Assembly: GCA_976551045.1 (NCBI GenBank)
Contig: CDPCPM010000180.1
Location: forward strand, 33,356,001 to 33,420,000
Direction of reading: 5' to 3'
Length of the DNA stretch: 64,000 nt
Origin: Glaucostegus cemiculus
Lineage: Eukaryota
Made by a program: the position numbers and the translations under genes
Shown: piece by piece, positions 1 through 14,491 of the stretch
Numbering within the stretch: the first letter of the stretch is position 1
How the letters are laid out: every line of letters starts with the position of its first letter
The notes under the pieces: generated by a model
The model's database searches: none
What the model was told of the DNA's origin: nothing
What the model saw: only the letters and a program-made list of their open reading frames with translations

Positions 1-382
1 CTGTGACATGGTGGTAGCTGAAGCCTAGATTGTGGATCAGATGTGAAATGTCACACGTTGGGAGCATTTCTCATCCATAAAAGAAGCACAATATGGCGTG
101 ATTTATAAATATTTATGTTGTCTGATTTGAAATGTTTGTCAGTGGTGAAAATAGCTTTTTTCTCCTTACTGTGCTATAAATAAATATGCCCAGGGCACTT
201 TGCAGAGTTATCAGACATCAAAGTTCAACAAAAGTACACACTGTAAAAGAACAAAATAGAGAGCTGAACAATCTGTTAACTTTGTCTGCAGATATGACAG
301 TGAGAAATAGATGAGATCCTAGGAGGGTTAAAAATTGATAATGAGTATGCAATCGAAAGGCTGATTGCAGACAATATATATT

Positions 383-960
383 TAGGTATCGGTTATTGTT
401 GTCACATATAGCGAGATACAGTGAAAAGCTTTAATTTTGCATGCCATCCAGACAGATCATGCCATACATAAGTACATTGAGGTAGTAAAAAGAAAACAGA
501 ATGTAGAATATAGTGTTACAGTTACAGAGAAAGTGCAGTGCAGGTAGACAAATAAAGTGCAAGAGCCACATTGAGATAGGTTGGGAGATCAAGAGTTCAT
601 GTTTTAGCATAAGAGAAGTCCATTCAAGAGTCTAAATAACAGTGGGATAGAAGCTGTCCTTGAGTCTGGTGGTACATGCTCTTAGGCTTTTATATCTTCT
701 TCCTTATGGCAAGGAGGAGAAGAGGGAATGTCTGGGGTGGAGGGCTCTTTGATCATGCTGGCTGCTTTCCCAAGGCAGGAGGAAGTGTAGACAGAATCAG
801 TGGAGGGGAGGCTGGTTTACATGATCGACTGAGCTGTATTCACAACTCTCTGCTATTTCTTGCGGTCTTGGGCAGAACAGTTGCCGTACCAAGCCGCAAT
901 GCATCCAGAAAGGATGCTTTCTATGGTGCACCTATAAAAATTGGTAAGAATCTTTGCAGA
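383..960 (-). mobile_element. Rex1/Babar-type LINE 3' fragment
   Basis: Same 3' ORF end and tail (ggtttattgttgtcaca on +) as the copies at 10520, 31085 and 57940. Confidence 0.8.
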
Positions 961-3303
961 TAAGTCACCAGGTCCAAACAGGATTAGCGTAGGTTGCTAA
1001 AGGAAACAAGGGTTGAAGTTGTGGAGATACTGGTTGTGATCTTCCACCTTTAAACATGGAGATGGTGCCAAGGACCTGGAGAATTGCTTTGTAAAAGAAA
1101 AGATGTACAGACACATCCAGAGACAAGTCATCAGCATAATACTGGTGGGGGAACTCAGAAATCAGAACATGGGACAAAGTTAATAGTTATTTGGACACAT
1201 GGACTGGTAAAGAAAAGCTAACACAGATTTTTTAAGGCAATTCATAATTGTTGAACAACTGTGTGTTTTTCATGAGGTAATAGGAAGGATTAATTCGGGC
1301 AACAGAGTCAGCGAGTTGTGTGCATTGGCTTTCAAAAGACATTTGATAAAGGGCCCGATAAAGGAACATCAGTAAAACTGAAGTAGATGGTGAAAAGGGT
1401 CAGTAGCTGCATGAACCTAAAGTGTAGAACAGTGGCTGTGTTATCAGCTGAAGATTGTACTCATGTTAATGAACCAAAACTAGTCATGAGCAATATTATG
1501 GGAGATCTGTTCATATATCTGAAGAGAACATCAAAAAGCCCATGACTATAAAGTTGCCTGCAGGTGACTAATAAAGTAGTCAAACAATGAATGCTCCTGA
1601 GTGAGTTTTAGGAACAATAATGACCTGAGATTGCCATAAACAGGGTAGTGTGGACCATAATGTATATAACTACAGACTTCCACTTACATTTGCGGTCATT
1701 GTGGTAATGTGAGTCCAGATCGGAAGAGATCTTCCTGGGAGATGTGTCTACTGTGAGTTTGAGCCTGTTCTACCCATCTCTGTTTGAATGCTGACCCATG
1801 GGAGTTAAAAACAAAGCCACCCTTCTCACAAACACCTCATGCAACAATTATCTTACAACAATCAGGTGCTGCATGTCTATTTTTCTTTCCCTTTTTATCT
1901 GTCAATTAATTTCATTGGAATAGGTTTTAAAATAGCTTGAGATTCTTTGCAATTGCTGTACCCCCTATTCCCTCCCTGTAATTGTCCGCATCTGCTTAAA
2001 TTTCACCCATTTGCAATGTCCTGTTTCCACCACTGCCCTAGCTGCATCCATTCAAATCGACAGGTGGGGCTATAGATAGTATGACGATGGTTGACTCCAA
2101 AGAACCTGACTGCCATTTACCACCTTATCATTTTGGTAAAAGTGCAGCAACAGAACTTAATGACTTTAGCTGATAATTTGTCTTCCACGTAGATACACGT
2201 GTGCACTTCACTTTAAATGTGAGTCAAGAACGCACCGGGTAAAAAGTCTAAAATGAAACATTAAACTATACGTCTCCAAAAGTTGTGATAGGATGCACCA
2301 AACCCAATTGGAACAACTTCCTTTTGTAGATTAGTAGAAAACAATTAACATGTTTGGTGGATCATTTAAACCAAATAGCTTTCATCACCTCTCCTGTATT
2401 CTAACCCAAGCAGCTATCTGTATTACACCAGTGTATCAGTGTGTTTCTGTTCCAGTTTTCATCTGCTAAGTGCTAATCCAGAAGGGAGAAATCTTCTGAC
2501 CAATCTGCTGGTCAGTTTAGGAGAGGGACTTTCTAACACAAGAGGCTCTATCCTTGTCTCAGTCCACAGGATCACTTCAGAAAAAATGCTTATCATTCCC
2601 TAGAATTTTAAGAAACATGTGTATTAAATATCTTAACCACCTTTTATCTCAGTGTTTCACTTCAACATTTGTGGATGTACTTTGCAGTGAAAGTATTATT
2701 TTTCGTTCAGTGGGAAGTTGATCAAACATGCAAAACTGGGACAGTCACCAACGGAGCAAGTTTCTTGCTGCAAACCTGTCTTTGCAGCACTGAAAAAACA
2801 AAAGCAGGTGCATCTGCTTCTAACATTCAAGGGCATTTTGCACCACATGTTGTATTATGACCCCCAATTTCAAAAGGACTATGGGCTTGATAATAAACAA
2901 GGACCAGAGACCTTGGGCTTTAGCACTGTTAGGTAAGGAGTATCAAATTCAGGGAGGTGTAGCTGTTAATAAAATAATAAGTTGTTCTGGTAATCAGAGT
3001 CATGGACTTGTATAGTACAGAACCTTTGGCCCACCATGTCTATGCCAACACTTTTGCCCATCTACCCTAATCCCATTTGTCCAAACTATAACTGCACCCT
3101 TCTATGCTTTGGCTATTTAACTGCAATAAGCAGTCTGCTGGAGGAACTCAATGGGAGGGAAAGGACTTGCTGATGTTTCCGGTCAAAATCCTGCATCAGG
3201 ATGTAGATAGGGTGAATATACATCAATCTTTTTCCCAGGGAAAGGGAATAAAAAACTAGTGGGCATAGATTTAAGGTGAGTGGGGAAAGATTTAAAAGGA
3301 TGT

Positions 3304-3958
3304 TGTGAGACAAGTCCAAGGTCTTGAAAGTAAAGGACTCCAAACACAGTCTGGCAAGGAAGGATTTTATTTACAAAGACAAACGCAGGGAAAGGGTAAT
3401 GGGAACAACACACACATGCACCAGTGATAGCAAGCGTGGNNNNNNNNNNNNNNNNNNNNNNNNNNNNNNNNNNNNNNNNNNNNNNNNNNNNNNNNNNNNN
3501 NNNNNNNNNNNNNNNNNNNNNNNNNNNNNNNNNNNNNNNNNNNNNNNNNNNNNNNNNNNNNNNNNNNNNNNNNNNNNNNNNNNNNNNNGGAAAAGCAATA
3601 CATTACCCACCACCCCCCTTGACTCAGTGCAGGTACGGCTCTATGCTCCCATGGGTCCGTAACTAATTTCTCTTAAACAATACACAGCTTACCAACAGGG
3701 CATCCCTCGGAGACAAAAACAGAGAACCAAGCACACGTGGCACTCCTTATAGTGCTGGAGGTGGTCGAGCCTAGGTAGTTCAAAAGGGCCAATGGTCAAG
3801 TGTGTCAGGTACAGAGGTGTTTAAAGGGACCAGTAGTTGACACTGTCAATGGTTGACTTGATTGACAGTGCTGTGTCTTCTGACCAAGTAGGGGCAGTGC
3901 TGTCATCTGACCAGAAGGGGCAGTGTTGTCACATGATGGCCACAACCTCCACAATACA
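3304..3958 (-). mobile_element. Probable solo LTR (contains the assembly gap)
   Basis: TG...CA ends; splits a CR1 fragment; on - it has short tandem repeats, then TATAA near 3749, then AATAAA near 3370. Confidence 0.6.
3440..3588. other. Assembly gap (149 N)
   Basis: Run of n characters. Confidence 1.
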
Positions 3959-5092
3959 GACACAAGGGGCAATTTCTCCACACAGAGGGTGGTGCATATA
4001 TGAAATGAGCTGCCAGAGGAAGTGATAGAGGCATATGCAATAAGAACCTTTAAAAGACACTTGGACAGGTACATGGATGTGAAAGGTTTAGGGGGATATG
4101 GGCCAAATGCAAGCAAATAGAATTAGCTTAGATGGGCATCCTGGTCAGCACGGATGAGTTAGATCAAAGGGCCTGTTTCTATGCTGTAGAGCTCTGTGAC
4201 TGTGACTCTATTTAATGGCCTCAGGTTTACAGAGAATAGAGCAAAGGGGTGCCAGCCGGCAGTGCTTTGGGATAGGCTGCAGTAACAGAGGCTGGGGATC
4301 AGGGTTGCAAGAATAGATGAGCTGAGGCAAGAGAGGGAGAGATGGAGTGGGTGGCTGGAGAACAGAGATGGGGAAGAATTTGGTCTCCTCAATGATATAA
4401 AACTCCAATAATCCGCTATCTGACTGGTTCCCAGATCCTGCACTCCCTGAAGCTTACTGAGCTCATGGTAGAATTTGTTATAACACTAACATTCTTTTAC
4501 AAACTAATTAAAAATGGATTGAGGAGTAATATATAATAATATCCAATAGTCTCTAAAATCTGTCAGTCCAGCACCACCAAAGTCCCAAACTTTCCAGACT
4601 ATCAGAGTTAGTTATAGAAAATTTCTTTTTATTCAGGACTAGCTGTCAGGGAGCAGTGTTAGGGAGGGATGAAGAGGCTGCTTGTGCGCTATTTATTGAT
4701 CCTCATTTCCTAAAGATGTTATCCACTGCTGTAAAATTAGGGTATGAGTTTTGAATCAACATCAACACAGGATAATGGGGATCAGCGGACAATAAAATAA
4801 GGTTTGTTGGATGTTTGCCATTTATTCAGGACATGGAATAATATTTTCTTAAGCACAAATCTATTGACAAGTGGAACACATAAGTTTAATAGCTCCAACT
4901 GCAGGGAACGGCATTGAAGTGCACGGCAGTCCCTTCAACGCTCTTGTTAAGACTTTCTGCCAGCAAGTGGTATTACTGACTACCCTGGAGACCAATTTAG
5001 TGAGATAATCTCATAAAAGCTGTTTGATAAGCCACTCCAGCAAACATTGAGATACAATGTGAGGCAATGTGTTTCCTTATATATAAAATTAA

Positions 5093-5287
<195 letters not shown>

Positions 5288-5309
5288 TGAAATCGCGTAA
5301 GCTTACATG

Positions 5310-6028
5310 GTGGTTATTCACTTACAGGATGTGTGAGTGTCACTCTCAAGGCCAGTATTTGCTGCCCAAAATTAATTGTTTGGAGAAGGTGGAGCTGGGC
5401 CAGCTCTTAGAACTGCTGCAGTCCTTCTGGTGAAGACGCTGATGGGGAGGACATCCAGGATTTAGACCCAGTGATGGTGAAGGACCGACAATATATTTCC
5501 AAGATGGTGTGAAACTTGAAGGGGAACCTGCAGGCCTTCCTCATGCCTGCTGCCCCTGTCCTTCTCGGTGGTGGAGGCCAATGGTTTAGGAGGTGCTGTT
5601 GGAGTAGACAAGTAACTGCAGTGCATTTTGTAAACAGTACACACCACATGGACAGTGTGTCCATGGTTGAGGGAGGAAATCTTTTCAGGGTGGTGGAAGG
5701 TGTGCGAATCAAGTGGTCTGCTTTGTCCTGGGTGGTGTCAGCCTTCTTCAGAGCCGGACCCAGGCTCATCAGGGATCACGTTCCTGACTTGTGCCTTGTA
5801 GATGGTGGAAAGACCTTCAGGGTGTCACAAGGCAAGTCACTTGCTACAGGATATCCAGTCTCTGACCTGCTCTCGTAGCTGTGGTATTTAAATGGTGACA
5901 TGCATCACGTTGGCTCTGGGAGATTCGGTGATGCCAAAATCATTGAATGTCAGCTATAGGTGGTTTGACCTGCTGTTGGAATTGTTATTGTCTGGCACTT
6001 AAACTGGTACAAATATTACTTGCCACTT
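5310..6028 (-). mobile_element. Old LINE fragment (L2/CR1 group), continuing at 10030-10520
   Basis: Homologous to 16860-17070, 28200-28365 and 29300-31080; split by the CR1 at 6029. Confidence 0.55.
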
Positions 6029-9000
6029 AGAGTCATAGAGTGATACAGCATGGAAACAGGCCCTTCAGCTCAACACATCATGCCAACTGTGTTGCCCTGT
6101 GAATTAGTCCCATCTGCCTGCATTTTGCCTCCCCTATCCATGTACTTATTCAGATGGCTTTTAAATATTGCTAATGTGCCCACCTCAACCACTATTTCTG
6201 GCAGCTCATTCCAAATACGCACCACCCTTTGTGTGAAGAAGCTGCCCGATGTCTCGAAGTCTTTTGCCTCTGATCTTAAAGCTATGCCCTCTTGTTTTTA
6301 GCATCCCCTTCCTGGGAAAAAACTGTGCTTTCACCCTGTCTATACCCCTCATGATCTTGTAAACTCCTATCAGGTTACCCCTCAAACTCCTACGTTCCAG
6401 GTAATAAAGTCCTAGTCTACACAACTTCTCCTTTGTCACTCAGGCCCACAAGTCCAGGCAACAACCTGGTAAATCTTTTCTGCACGCTCTCCTGTAACAG
6501 TTTGACCAAAACTGTATGCAATACTCCAAGTGCAACCTCATCAACATCTTATATAACTGCATCATAACTTCTCAATTCCTATACTCATTGCCCTTATTGA
6601 TGAAGGCCAGCTTGTCAAACACCTTCTTCACCACCCTATCTACCTGTGACACCACTTTCAGTGAACTATACATTTGCACTCCTAGACCCCTCTGTCCCCT
6701 CTGACCCCCCTCCTAGACACTCCCCAGCGCCCTACCATTCACTCACTATATGTCCTACCCCGGCTTGACCTCCCAAAATGCAATACCTCACATTTATCTG
6801 GATTGAAAGCCATTTGCCAATCCTCAGCCCACATCATAGCTGATCAAAATCCCCCTGTAATTCTTCATAACCCTCTACGCTATCTACAACACCACCTATT
6901 TTAGTATCATCCGCAAACTTACTAACCGTGCCTTGTTCATTCACATCCAAATCATTTATATAAATTTACAAACAACAAAGGGTCCCAGCACCAACCCCTG
7001 TGGCACACTACAAGACGCAGACCTCCAGTATGAGAAACAACCCTTGACCATCACCCTCTGCTTCCTACCACTGAGCCAATTAGGAATCTAATCCGCTGTT
7101 GCCCCTGGATCCCATGCAATCTAACTTTCTAGACTAGCCTGCCATGAGGGACCTTGTTAAAGTCCTAGCTGAAGTCCATATAGACAACATCCACTACTCC
7201 ACCCTCATCTACGCTCTTGGTTACCTCCTCAAAGAACTCCAAGAGATTTGTCAGACACTACTTCCCACGCATAAAGCTATGCTGACTGTCCCAAATCAAA
7301 CCCTGTCTCTCCAAATGCTGGTAATTCCTGTCCCTCAGAATTCCCTCCAGCAATTTACCCACCAGACTCATCAGCCTATGGATTCCTGGCTTGTTATTGC
7401 TACCCTTTTTAAACAAGGGTGCCACATTAGCATCTCTCCAGTCCTCCAGAACCTCACCTATGAACAGAGATGAAGCAAAAATCTCTGCAAGGCCCTCCAC
7501 AGTTTCTTCTCTAGCTTCCCACAAGGTCTGAGAATGCACCAGCTCAGTCCCTGGGGATTTATCCACAGTGCACTTTAAGGCCTCCAATACCTCCTCCTTG
7601 CTCGATTGTAGGTGATCCAAGACAACACCACTCATTTCCCCCATTTCCTTAACTTCCATTGTTTTCTCCACAGTAAAAACTAAAGAGAAATATTCACTAA
7701 CAATCTGACCCATTTCCCTTGGGTCCGCACTTTGATTGCAATGCTGATCTTTAAGGGGACCTGTTCTCTTCCTAGCCTCCCTTTCCCTCTTAATATACCT
7801 ATAGGATCTCTGGTGATTTTGCCTCGCCTTGCCTGCCAGATCCTTCTCTTATCCTCTTTTTGCCCTCCTAACTCCTCTCTTAAGTGCATTCCTACACTTC
7901 TTGTAGTCATCAAGAGATTCACTAGTTTTCAACTGCTGATGTGCAGTCTATGCCTGCTTTCTCTTAACCAATATCACTCATCAACCAGGGTTCCTGAAAC
8001 CTGCTAGTCTTGCCTTTCACCCTAACAGGAACATGCAGGTCCTGAACTCTTGACATCACACTTTTAAAGGCCTCCCACTTGGCAGATGCTCCTTTCCTGC
8101 AAACAATCTCACCCAATCAACCGCAGCAAGATCCCACCTAATGGCCCCAAAATTTGCTCTGCCCCAGTTCAGGACCTTAACTTGTCAACAGGTCATGTCT
8201 TCCTCCATAACTATTTTAAAACTAATAGAATTATAGTCACTGGACCCAAAGTGCTGGCCGATGGACAATTCCGCCATTTGCCCCACCTCATTCCACAGGA
8301 GGAGGCCCAGTGCTGCTCCCTCTGTAAGTAGTTCCCTCTATATCTTGATCAAGGAAGCTTTCTTGGACATATTCCACTCTGTCCAAGCCTTTCACACAGT
8401 GGTTGGCCCAGTCAATATTAGCGAAGTTAAAATCTCCCACTAATACTACCCTATTACATTTACAACTAGCTGCAATCTGTCTACATATCTGCTCCTCCAA
8501 ATCCCACTGACTACTGGGGGGCTTATAATACAATCCCATCAGTGTGACCATCCCCTTTCTGTTTCTGAGTTCTACCCTTATGGCCTCGCTGGATGATCCC
8601 CCAAGAATATCCTCTCTGAGGACCCTATTATGTCCTCGTTCATCAAGAAGGCAAATCCCCCTCCTCTCCTACCTGCACTTCTGTCACACCTGTAGCATCT
8701 GTGTCCTGGAACATTGAGCTGCCAGTCCTGCCCTTTCCTCAGTCACGTTGCTGTTATGACTCTGATATCCCCAGAGCCAATCCACGCCCTGAGTTCATCT
8801 GCCTTACCTGTCAAGCCTCTTGTAGTGAAATAAATGCACTTTAAACCAATGGTCTTTCCTCTCCCTTTGTTGTGCTCCTGTCTGTCCTGACAACTAAGTT
8901 TTCTCTGATTGGCGATAGTACTATCCCCTGATTCCTCATCAGCCACTCCACTGCTCAGGACCCCACCCCCTGTGACTCAAGTTTAAATTCTCCCGAGTAG

Positions 9001-10030
9001 CACTAGCAAATCTCCCAGCCAGGATATTGGTCCCCCTCCAGTTTAGGTGCAATCTGTCTCTCTTGTACAGGTCACCCCTACCCTGGAAGAGATCCCAATG
9101 ATCTAAGAACTGAATTCCTGCTCCCTGCACCAGCTCCTCAGCAATCTTTCTATTTCTACCCTCACTGGCACATGGCACTGGGAGTAATCCAGTGATTACT
9201 ACCCTGGTGCTCCTGTTTTTTAGGTCCTCTTCTAGCTCCCTATATTCACTGTGCAGGACCTCATCCCTCTTTCTATGTTGTTGTTACCAACATGCACCAG
9301 GACCTCTGGCTGCTCACCCTTCCCCTTGAGAATGTTCTGCAGCCACTCCAAGACATCCCTGACCCTGGCACCCGGGAGGCAACACACCATCCTAGCATCT
9401 CTTTTGTAGCCACAGAATTTTATGTCTGTCCCCCTAACTATCAAGTCTCCTGTCACTATTGCCCTGCCTGACTTCTCCCTGACCCACTGAGCCTCAGAGC
9501 CAGTCTCAGTGCCACTGATCTGGCTACTGCTGCTGTGCCCAGAAAGGTCACCCTCCTGGCAGTATCTAAAGGGGTATCCCTGTTGCTGAGGTGAATGGTC
9601 ATAGGGGGAGCCTGCACTGTCTGTCTCTTCCCCTTACCCGTCCTAATGGTCACCCAACTATCTGCAGCCTGCCCCCTAGGTGTGACCACCTCACTAAAGC
9701 TCTTGTCTATGATGCTCTCAGCATCCTAGATGATCCTAAGTATGTCCAACTCCAGCTCCAGCTCCTCAACGCAGCCAGCCAGGAGCTGCAGCTGGGCACA
9801 CTTCCTGCAGATGAAGTCACCAGGGACACTGCCAGTCTCCCCAATCTCCCACATCCTGCAGGAGGAGCATCCCACGGCCCTAACTGACATCCCAGCTACT
9901 CTAATAGGAAGAATAATTCCAAGGAAAACCTTACCTGATCAGCCTCCTCTCACCAAAGCCTCAGCACTTATACCATGGCACTTACTGCACAAACACGGCC
10001 ACTCCCAAAAATAGCTGCTCCAAACTTGCC
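6029..10030 (-). mobile_element. Near full-length decayed CR1 LINE (ORF1 zinc finger and esterase; ORF2 endonuclease and RT)
   Basis: ORF1 pieces GDLIVRG/CCLPGARVRDV/VHVGNN; endonuclease VVLVGDFNF; RT pieces DWRDANVAPLFKKG and LYYLERRSLRGNLI; many frameshifts; CR1 tail at 6029. Confidence 0.9.
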
Positions 10031-10519
10031 AATGGATTAACAGCTCATTCCTGATGTTGTCCAGGTTGTGTTGCATGCAGGCATAGGCTGCTTCATTTTC
10101 TAAAGAGCTGCAAATGGAGTTGAAGATTATGCAGTTAGAAGTAGACGCACTATCTTACAATGGAAGGAAGGTCATTGATGAAGCATCTGAGGATGGCTGG
10201 GCCTTAGGAGCTCCTGAAGTAAAGTGCTGGGGTTCGGGTGACTGAGCTACAACAACTACAACCTCTGTGCGAGGTATGGATCCAACCACTGGATTGCTTC
10301 CCCTTGATACCCAGTGAATTCAGTTTTACCTCAGCTCCTTGATGCTTACAAAGTCAAGTGCTGCCTTGATGTCACCTCACCTGGAATTCAGGTCTTTGGT
10401 CAAAATTCCGAACAAGGCTACGTTGGGATCTGGAGTCGAGCACTTCTGATAAAACTCAAAGTGAGCATCAGTTGTCAGGTTGCTGTTAACTAGGCATTAC
10501 TTGCTAGTACTTCCAGTGG

Positions 10520-11130
10520 TAATTGGTTTATTGTTGTCACACGTACTGAGGTACCGTGAAAAACTGTTTTGCATGCCATCAAAATGGATCATTTCATACA
10601 ACAGTGGATTGAGGTAAATCAAGGGAAAAGCAATAACAGAATACAGAATATAGTGTTACACTTACAGAGAAAGTGCAGTGCAGGCAGACAATGAGGTGCA
10701 ATGCCATGACAAGATAGATTGTGAGGTCAAAAGTCCACCTTATCATACAAGAGGTCCATTCAATAGTCATAACAGTGAGATAGAAGCTGTCCTTGAGTCT
10801 GGTGGTACGTGCTTTCAGGCTTGTGTATCTTCTGCCCGATGGGAGGGGGTGAGAAGAGAGGATATGTGGGATGGGCGGGGTCTTTGATTATGTTGGCTGC
10901 ATTACTGAGGCAGTGGGAAGTGTAGACAGAGGAGGAGAGGCAGGTTTCCTTGATGTGCTGAGCTGTGTCCACAACTCTCTGAAAGTTTCTTGTGGTCTCA
11001 GGCAGAGCAGTTGCTGTACCAGGTTGTGATGCATCTGGATAGGATGCTTTCTGTGGTGATTCTGTAAAAAGAGTCAGCAGGGACATGCCAAATTTCTCGT
11101 GCATCCTGAGGAAGTAGACACTGGTGCATG
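10520..11130 (-). mobile_element. Rex1/Babar-type LINE 3' fragment
   Basis: ESILSRCITTWYSNCSA and NIIKDPAHP motifs. Confidence 0.85.
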
Positions 11131-11559
11131 AAATGGGAACCAGAATAAAAAGTAACACAGAAGAGGAGGCACCCTGTACTGAGGACCAGGAGCAGGATAT
11201 AGCACTGCAATAAACACAGAAAAATGGGAGGATGGAGCGTGAGGATAGTTTAACCACATAAATTCTGAGCAGGAGTTAAATTATACTCAGTTCCAGGCAC
11301 AAGATGTTAGGTAGGAGTATGTTATCACATCAGCAAAAAAGAAGGTGCATTACAAATTTAATCTTCCTACTTACAAGGTACCCAGGAAAGATAAGGAAGG
11401 AATAAATGGTGCTGGCAATATTGCCCAAGTAGAGGAGTTAAAATTAAGGTATTACAACACTTCTAGAGGTGTGCAATGGGCCACCAAACAGTAGGAAAGA
11501 AGTAGACAAACAAGCTCTTAAGGAAGTTCTAAAAAGATGTAACTGTAGAATTATGGTTA

Positions 11560-11845
11560 TAGAGTCATAGATTTATACAGCATGGAAACAGGCCCTTCAA
11601 TCCAAGTGATCCATGCCAGCCAAGATGCCCCATCCAAGCTAGTCCCATTTACCAGCATTTGGCCCATGACCTTCTAAACCTTTCCAAGCCATGTACCTGT
11701 CCAACTGTCTTTTAAAAGTTGTTATTGTACCTGCTTCAACCACTTCCTCTGTCAGCTCGTTCCACATAGATACCACCTTTTGTGTAAAAGAAAAATGATC
11801 CCTGAAGTTCCTATTAAATCTTTCCCCTCTCACCTGAAGCTTATG
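11560..11845 (-). mobile_element. CR1 3' fragment
   Basis: FTQKVVSMWNELTEEVVEAGTITTFKRQLD. Confidence 0.85.
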
Positions 11846-12289
11846 AGGGATTCTAATAGACTAGGAAATGGGGAGATGGGGATGAAGCCTTGAAATGTGG
11901 AAGGGAACTCTCTTGATCAGTGTGTTACAGCCCAATGCCAAACTGATCTTAGTTCTGGGGAATGAAGTGGGATGTGTTGTATGAACTTTTACTCAATAGC
12001 ACAAGAAAAGACAAAGTACAAATAAACACAATGTTGATTAACTAGGGGAGATTCAACTTAAGTAAGTTAGAGAAAAAAACACTAATTTCTGTACAATGAG
12101 ATCACAAATTGAGCAGTTGGAGGTATTTAAATAGGGTTAGTTCATGTAATGTTTAGACACATTTCTAAGGAAGGATATACAGAGCTAGAGGGTCTTGGAA
12201 GAAAGAAGAGGCTTTATGGGACTCATTAGACAATAGAGAAACAAGATGGTGATCGAAGGAAAAAGAACAGAACTAAAAATGGACATGAT

Positions 12290-12950
12290 AACACTTCCAG
12301 ACAACCTTGACCCACTGCAATTTGTCTACCACTGAAGCAGGTACACAGTGGACGCCATCTCCCTGGCCCTATACTCATCCAAGTTAGATTATTGTTTATT
12401 GAATACAGCTCCACCTTCAATACTATAATTCCAAGCAAACTCACCTCCAAACTCCTAGACCTGGGCTCAACGCCTCCCTTTACAACTGGATCCTTGACTT
12501 ACTGACCAACAGACTGCAATCAGTGAGGATAGGCAGCAACACCGCTGCCTCAATTATCCTCAACACGGGTGTCCAACTAGGTTGAATCCTCAGCCCCCTA
12601 CTTCCTATATACTCATGACTGCTTGGTCAAATGCTGCTCTAACTCCATCTACAAGGTTGTAAGATGACACCACTGTAGTGGGCTGAATCCCAAATAACGA
12701 TGTTGGAGTACAGGAAGAAGATAGTCTAGTGGCATGGTGTCATGACAGCATCCTTTCCCTCAATGTCAACAAGACTAAAGAGCTGGTCATTGACTTCGGG
12801 AAGGGGGCAGTGCACACATCAGTGGTGCTGAGGTCAAGAGGGTTGAGAGCTTGAAGTTCCTAGGAGTGAACATCACTAATAACCTGTCCTGAACCAGCCA
12901 TGTAGACGCCAGGGTAAAAGAAAGCTCACCAGTACCTCTCCTTCCTCAGT
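12290..12950 (+). mobile_element. Rex1/Babar RT fragment
   Basis: Decayed RT core ([16 protein letters not shown] regions) homologous to 43470-44200. Confidence 0.8.
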
Positions 12951-14491
12951 TGATATCTTTAAGAAGTTCATAAACAAAGTCAAAGGAAAACTGGTGCCAA
13001 AAAAGGAACTCTTATTGATCAATTTTTGAAAATGAAGGGAATCAAGAGATATGGGTCAGTGCAGGAAAGTGACTCTGAGGTAAAAGATCAGAAACCATCT
13101 GACTGAATGTTGGAGCAAGCACAATGGGCCAAATGGTCTTTTCCTCACTTGTATTTGTTATGTTCTTGTGGAGGCAAAGCACGTGGAATGAATACATTTA
13201 CTGATTTCAGTTGATTCCTGCCAAGCCAGCAATAAAGGAGGAAGAAAACGTAACATTGGGCAGGAGAAAAGTGGCTAATAAACGAGAGTCAGCCAGGATT
13301 TGTTAAAGGCTAGTTCTGAGGAACAGTTGTTGACCTGTAACGTTACACTCTGTTTTTCTCTCCCCAAATGCTTTTGGCATTTTTAGTATCTTTCTTAGAT
13401 TTCCAACATCTGCAGTATTTTGCTTCTATGTTTTCTAAAATCATGTTTGATCAAATTGGTTGATTTCTTTTGAGGAGTAACAGAGAGGGTTGATGCAGGG
13501 TTTGCAGTTAATTTTATTTGCATGATCTTTTAAAAGTGATTGATGAGATTCATACTCAGAAAAATTAAAGCAATAGGATTAAAGTGATGGTAGGAGAAAA
13601 ATAAATTAAAGGACTAAAGATGAGTGTGATGGAGACTGGAGGGAAATGTAGAGGGGAGTTCACCGGAGTTGTCTGACAGATTGGTCTTCATTCGGATTTA
13701 GAAGTGACCTGGACCCAGGAGTGAAGAGCATAAGCCAACAGACAGCACGGACATCAGGAATGAACAAAACCTTGGCATGTGTCAGAACATCCCAAACATG
13801 TGAAAGGGCTGGCACGTGACATTTGAAGTTTAATGCAGAAGGGTGTGAGGTCACTGACATGACAATATGAACTACACAGTACAATTAATAGGTAGTGAGG
13901 GAGCAGGGAGCCCGGTGGGTCTGTGTAGAAGGTGAACAGGGCTGTTAGAGAAACGCATAGGATCACTGGCTTTTTAACAAGAAGAACAATCTGTTTAGAC
14001 CTCATGTCAAAATTTTGTGTTCAGCCCAGGAACACTATTTTAAGAAGCTTATGAAGGCTATGAAGCAGAAAAAGTAATTTAATGGAATGGTCTCATTTAT
14101 AGTACTGGACATTAAAGGGGAACCTTGGAGATTTTCCCAGTGAATTACCAACAAGTATAGGATCTCCACAGATAATTAGTGAGACTTTTTCACAGCTGAT
14201 TTAACAGTAAATTTTCTAATTATGTTCCAGAATTGGTGTTCAGGAGGAACCATGGAGTGCTGACGTATCCACAGCATTATGTTAGGGAATTCTTCTTAAA
14301 CAGAGAGGTGGCTGTCAGGAACTCAGGCAGAGACCAGCGAACAGATTGCTAACAAGAACAACTAAAATAGGAACTCAGGAGAGGCTTCATTACACAGAAA
14401 GAAGTGACAATGAAAATCCTGCAGTAACAATGCATGATTGAGGTAAACAGCAGTGAAGTATTTAAGGGGAGACAGAAGAAACCCATGGGAA

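Larger units (their letters stand above)
3205..4210 (+). mobile_element. CR1-type LINE 3' fragment interrupted by a solo LTR
   Basis: gggcatagatttaaggtgag...gggcaatttctccacacagagggtgg...ctctgtgactgtgact, the CR1 3' end seen in many copies here. Confidence 0.75.

Noticed and set aside
3324-3666. ORFs spanning X runs
   Set aside because: Artefacts of the N gap.
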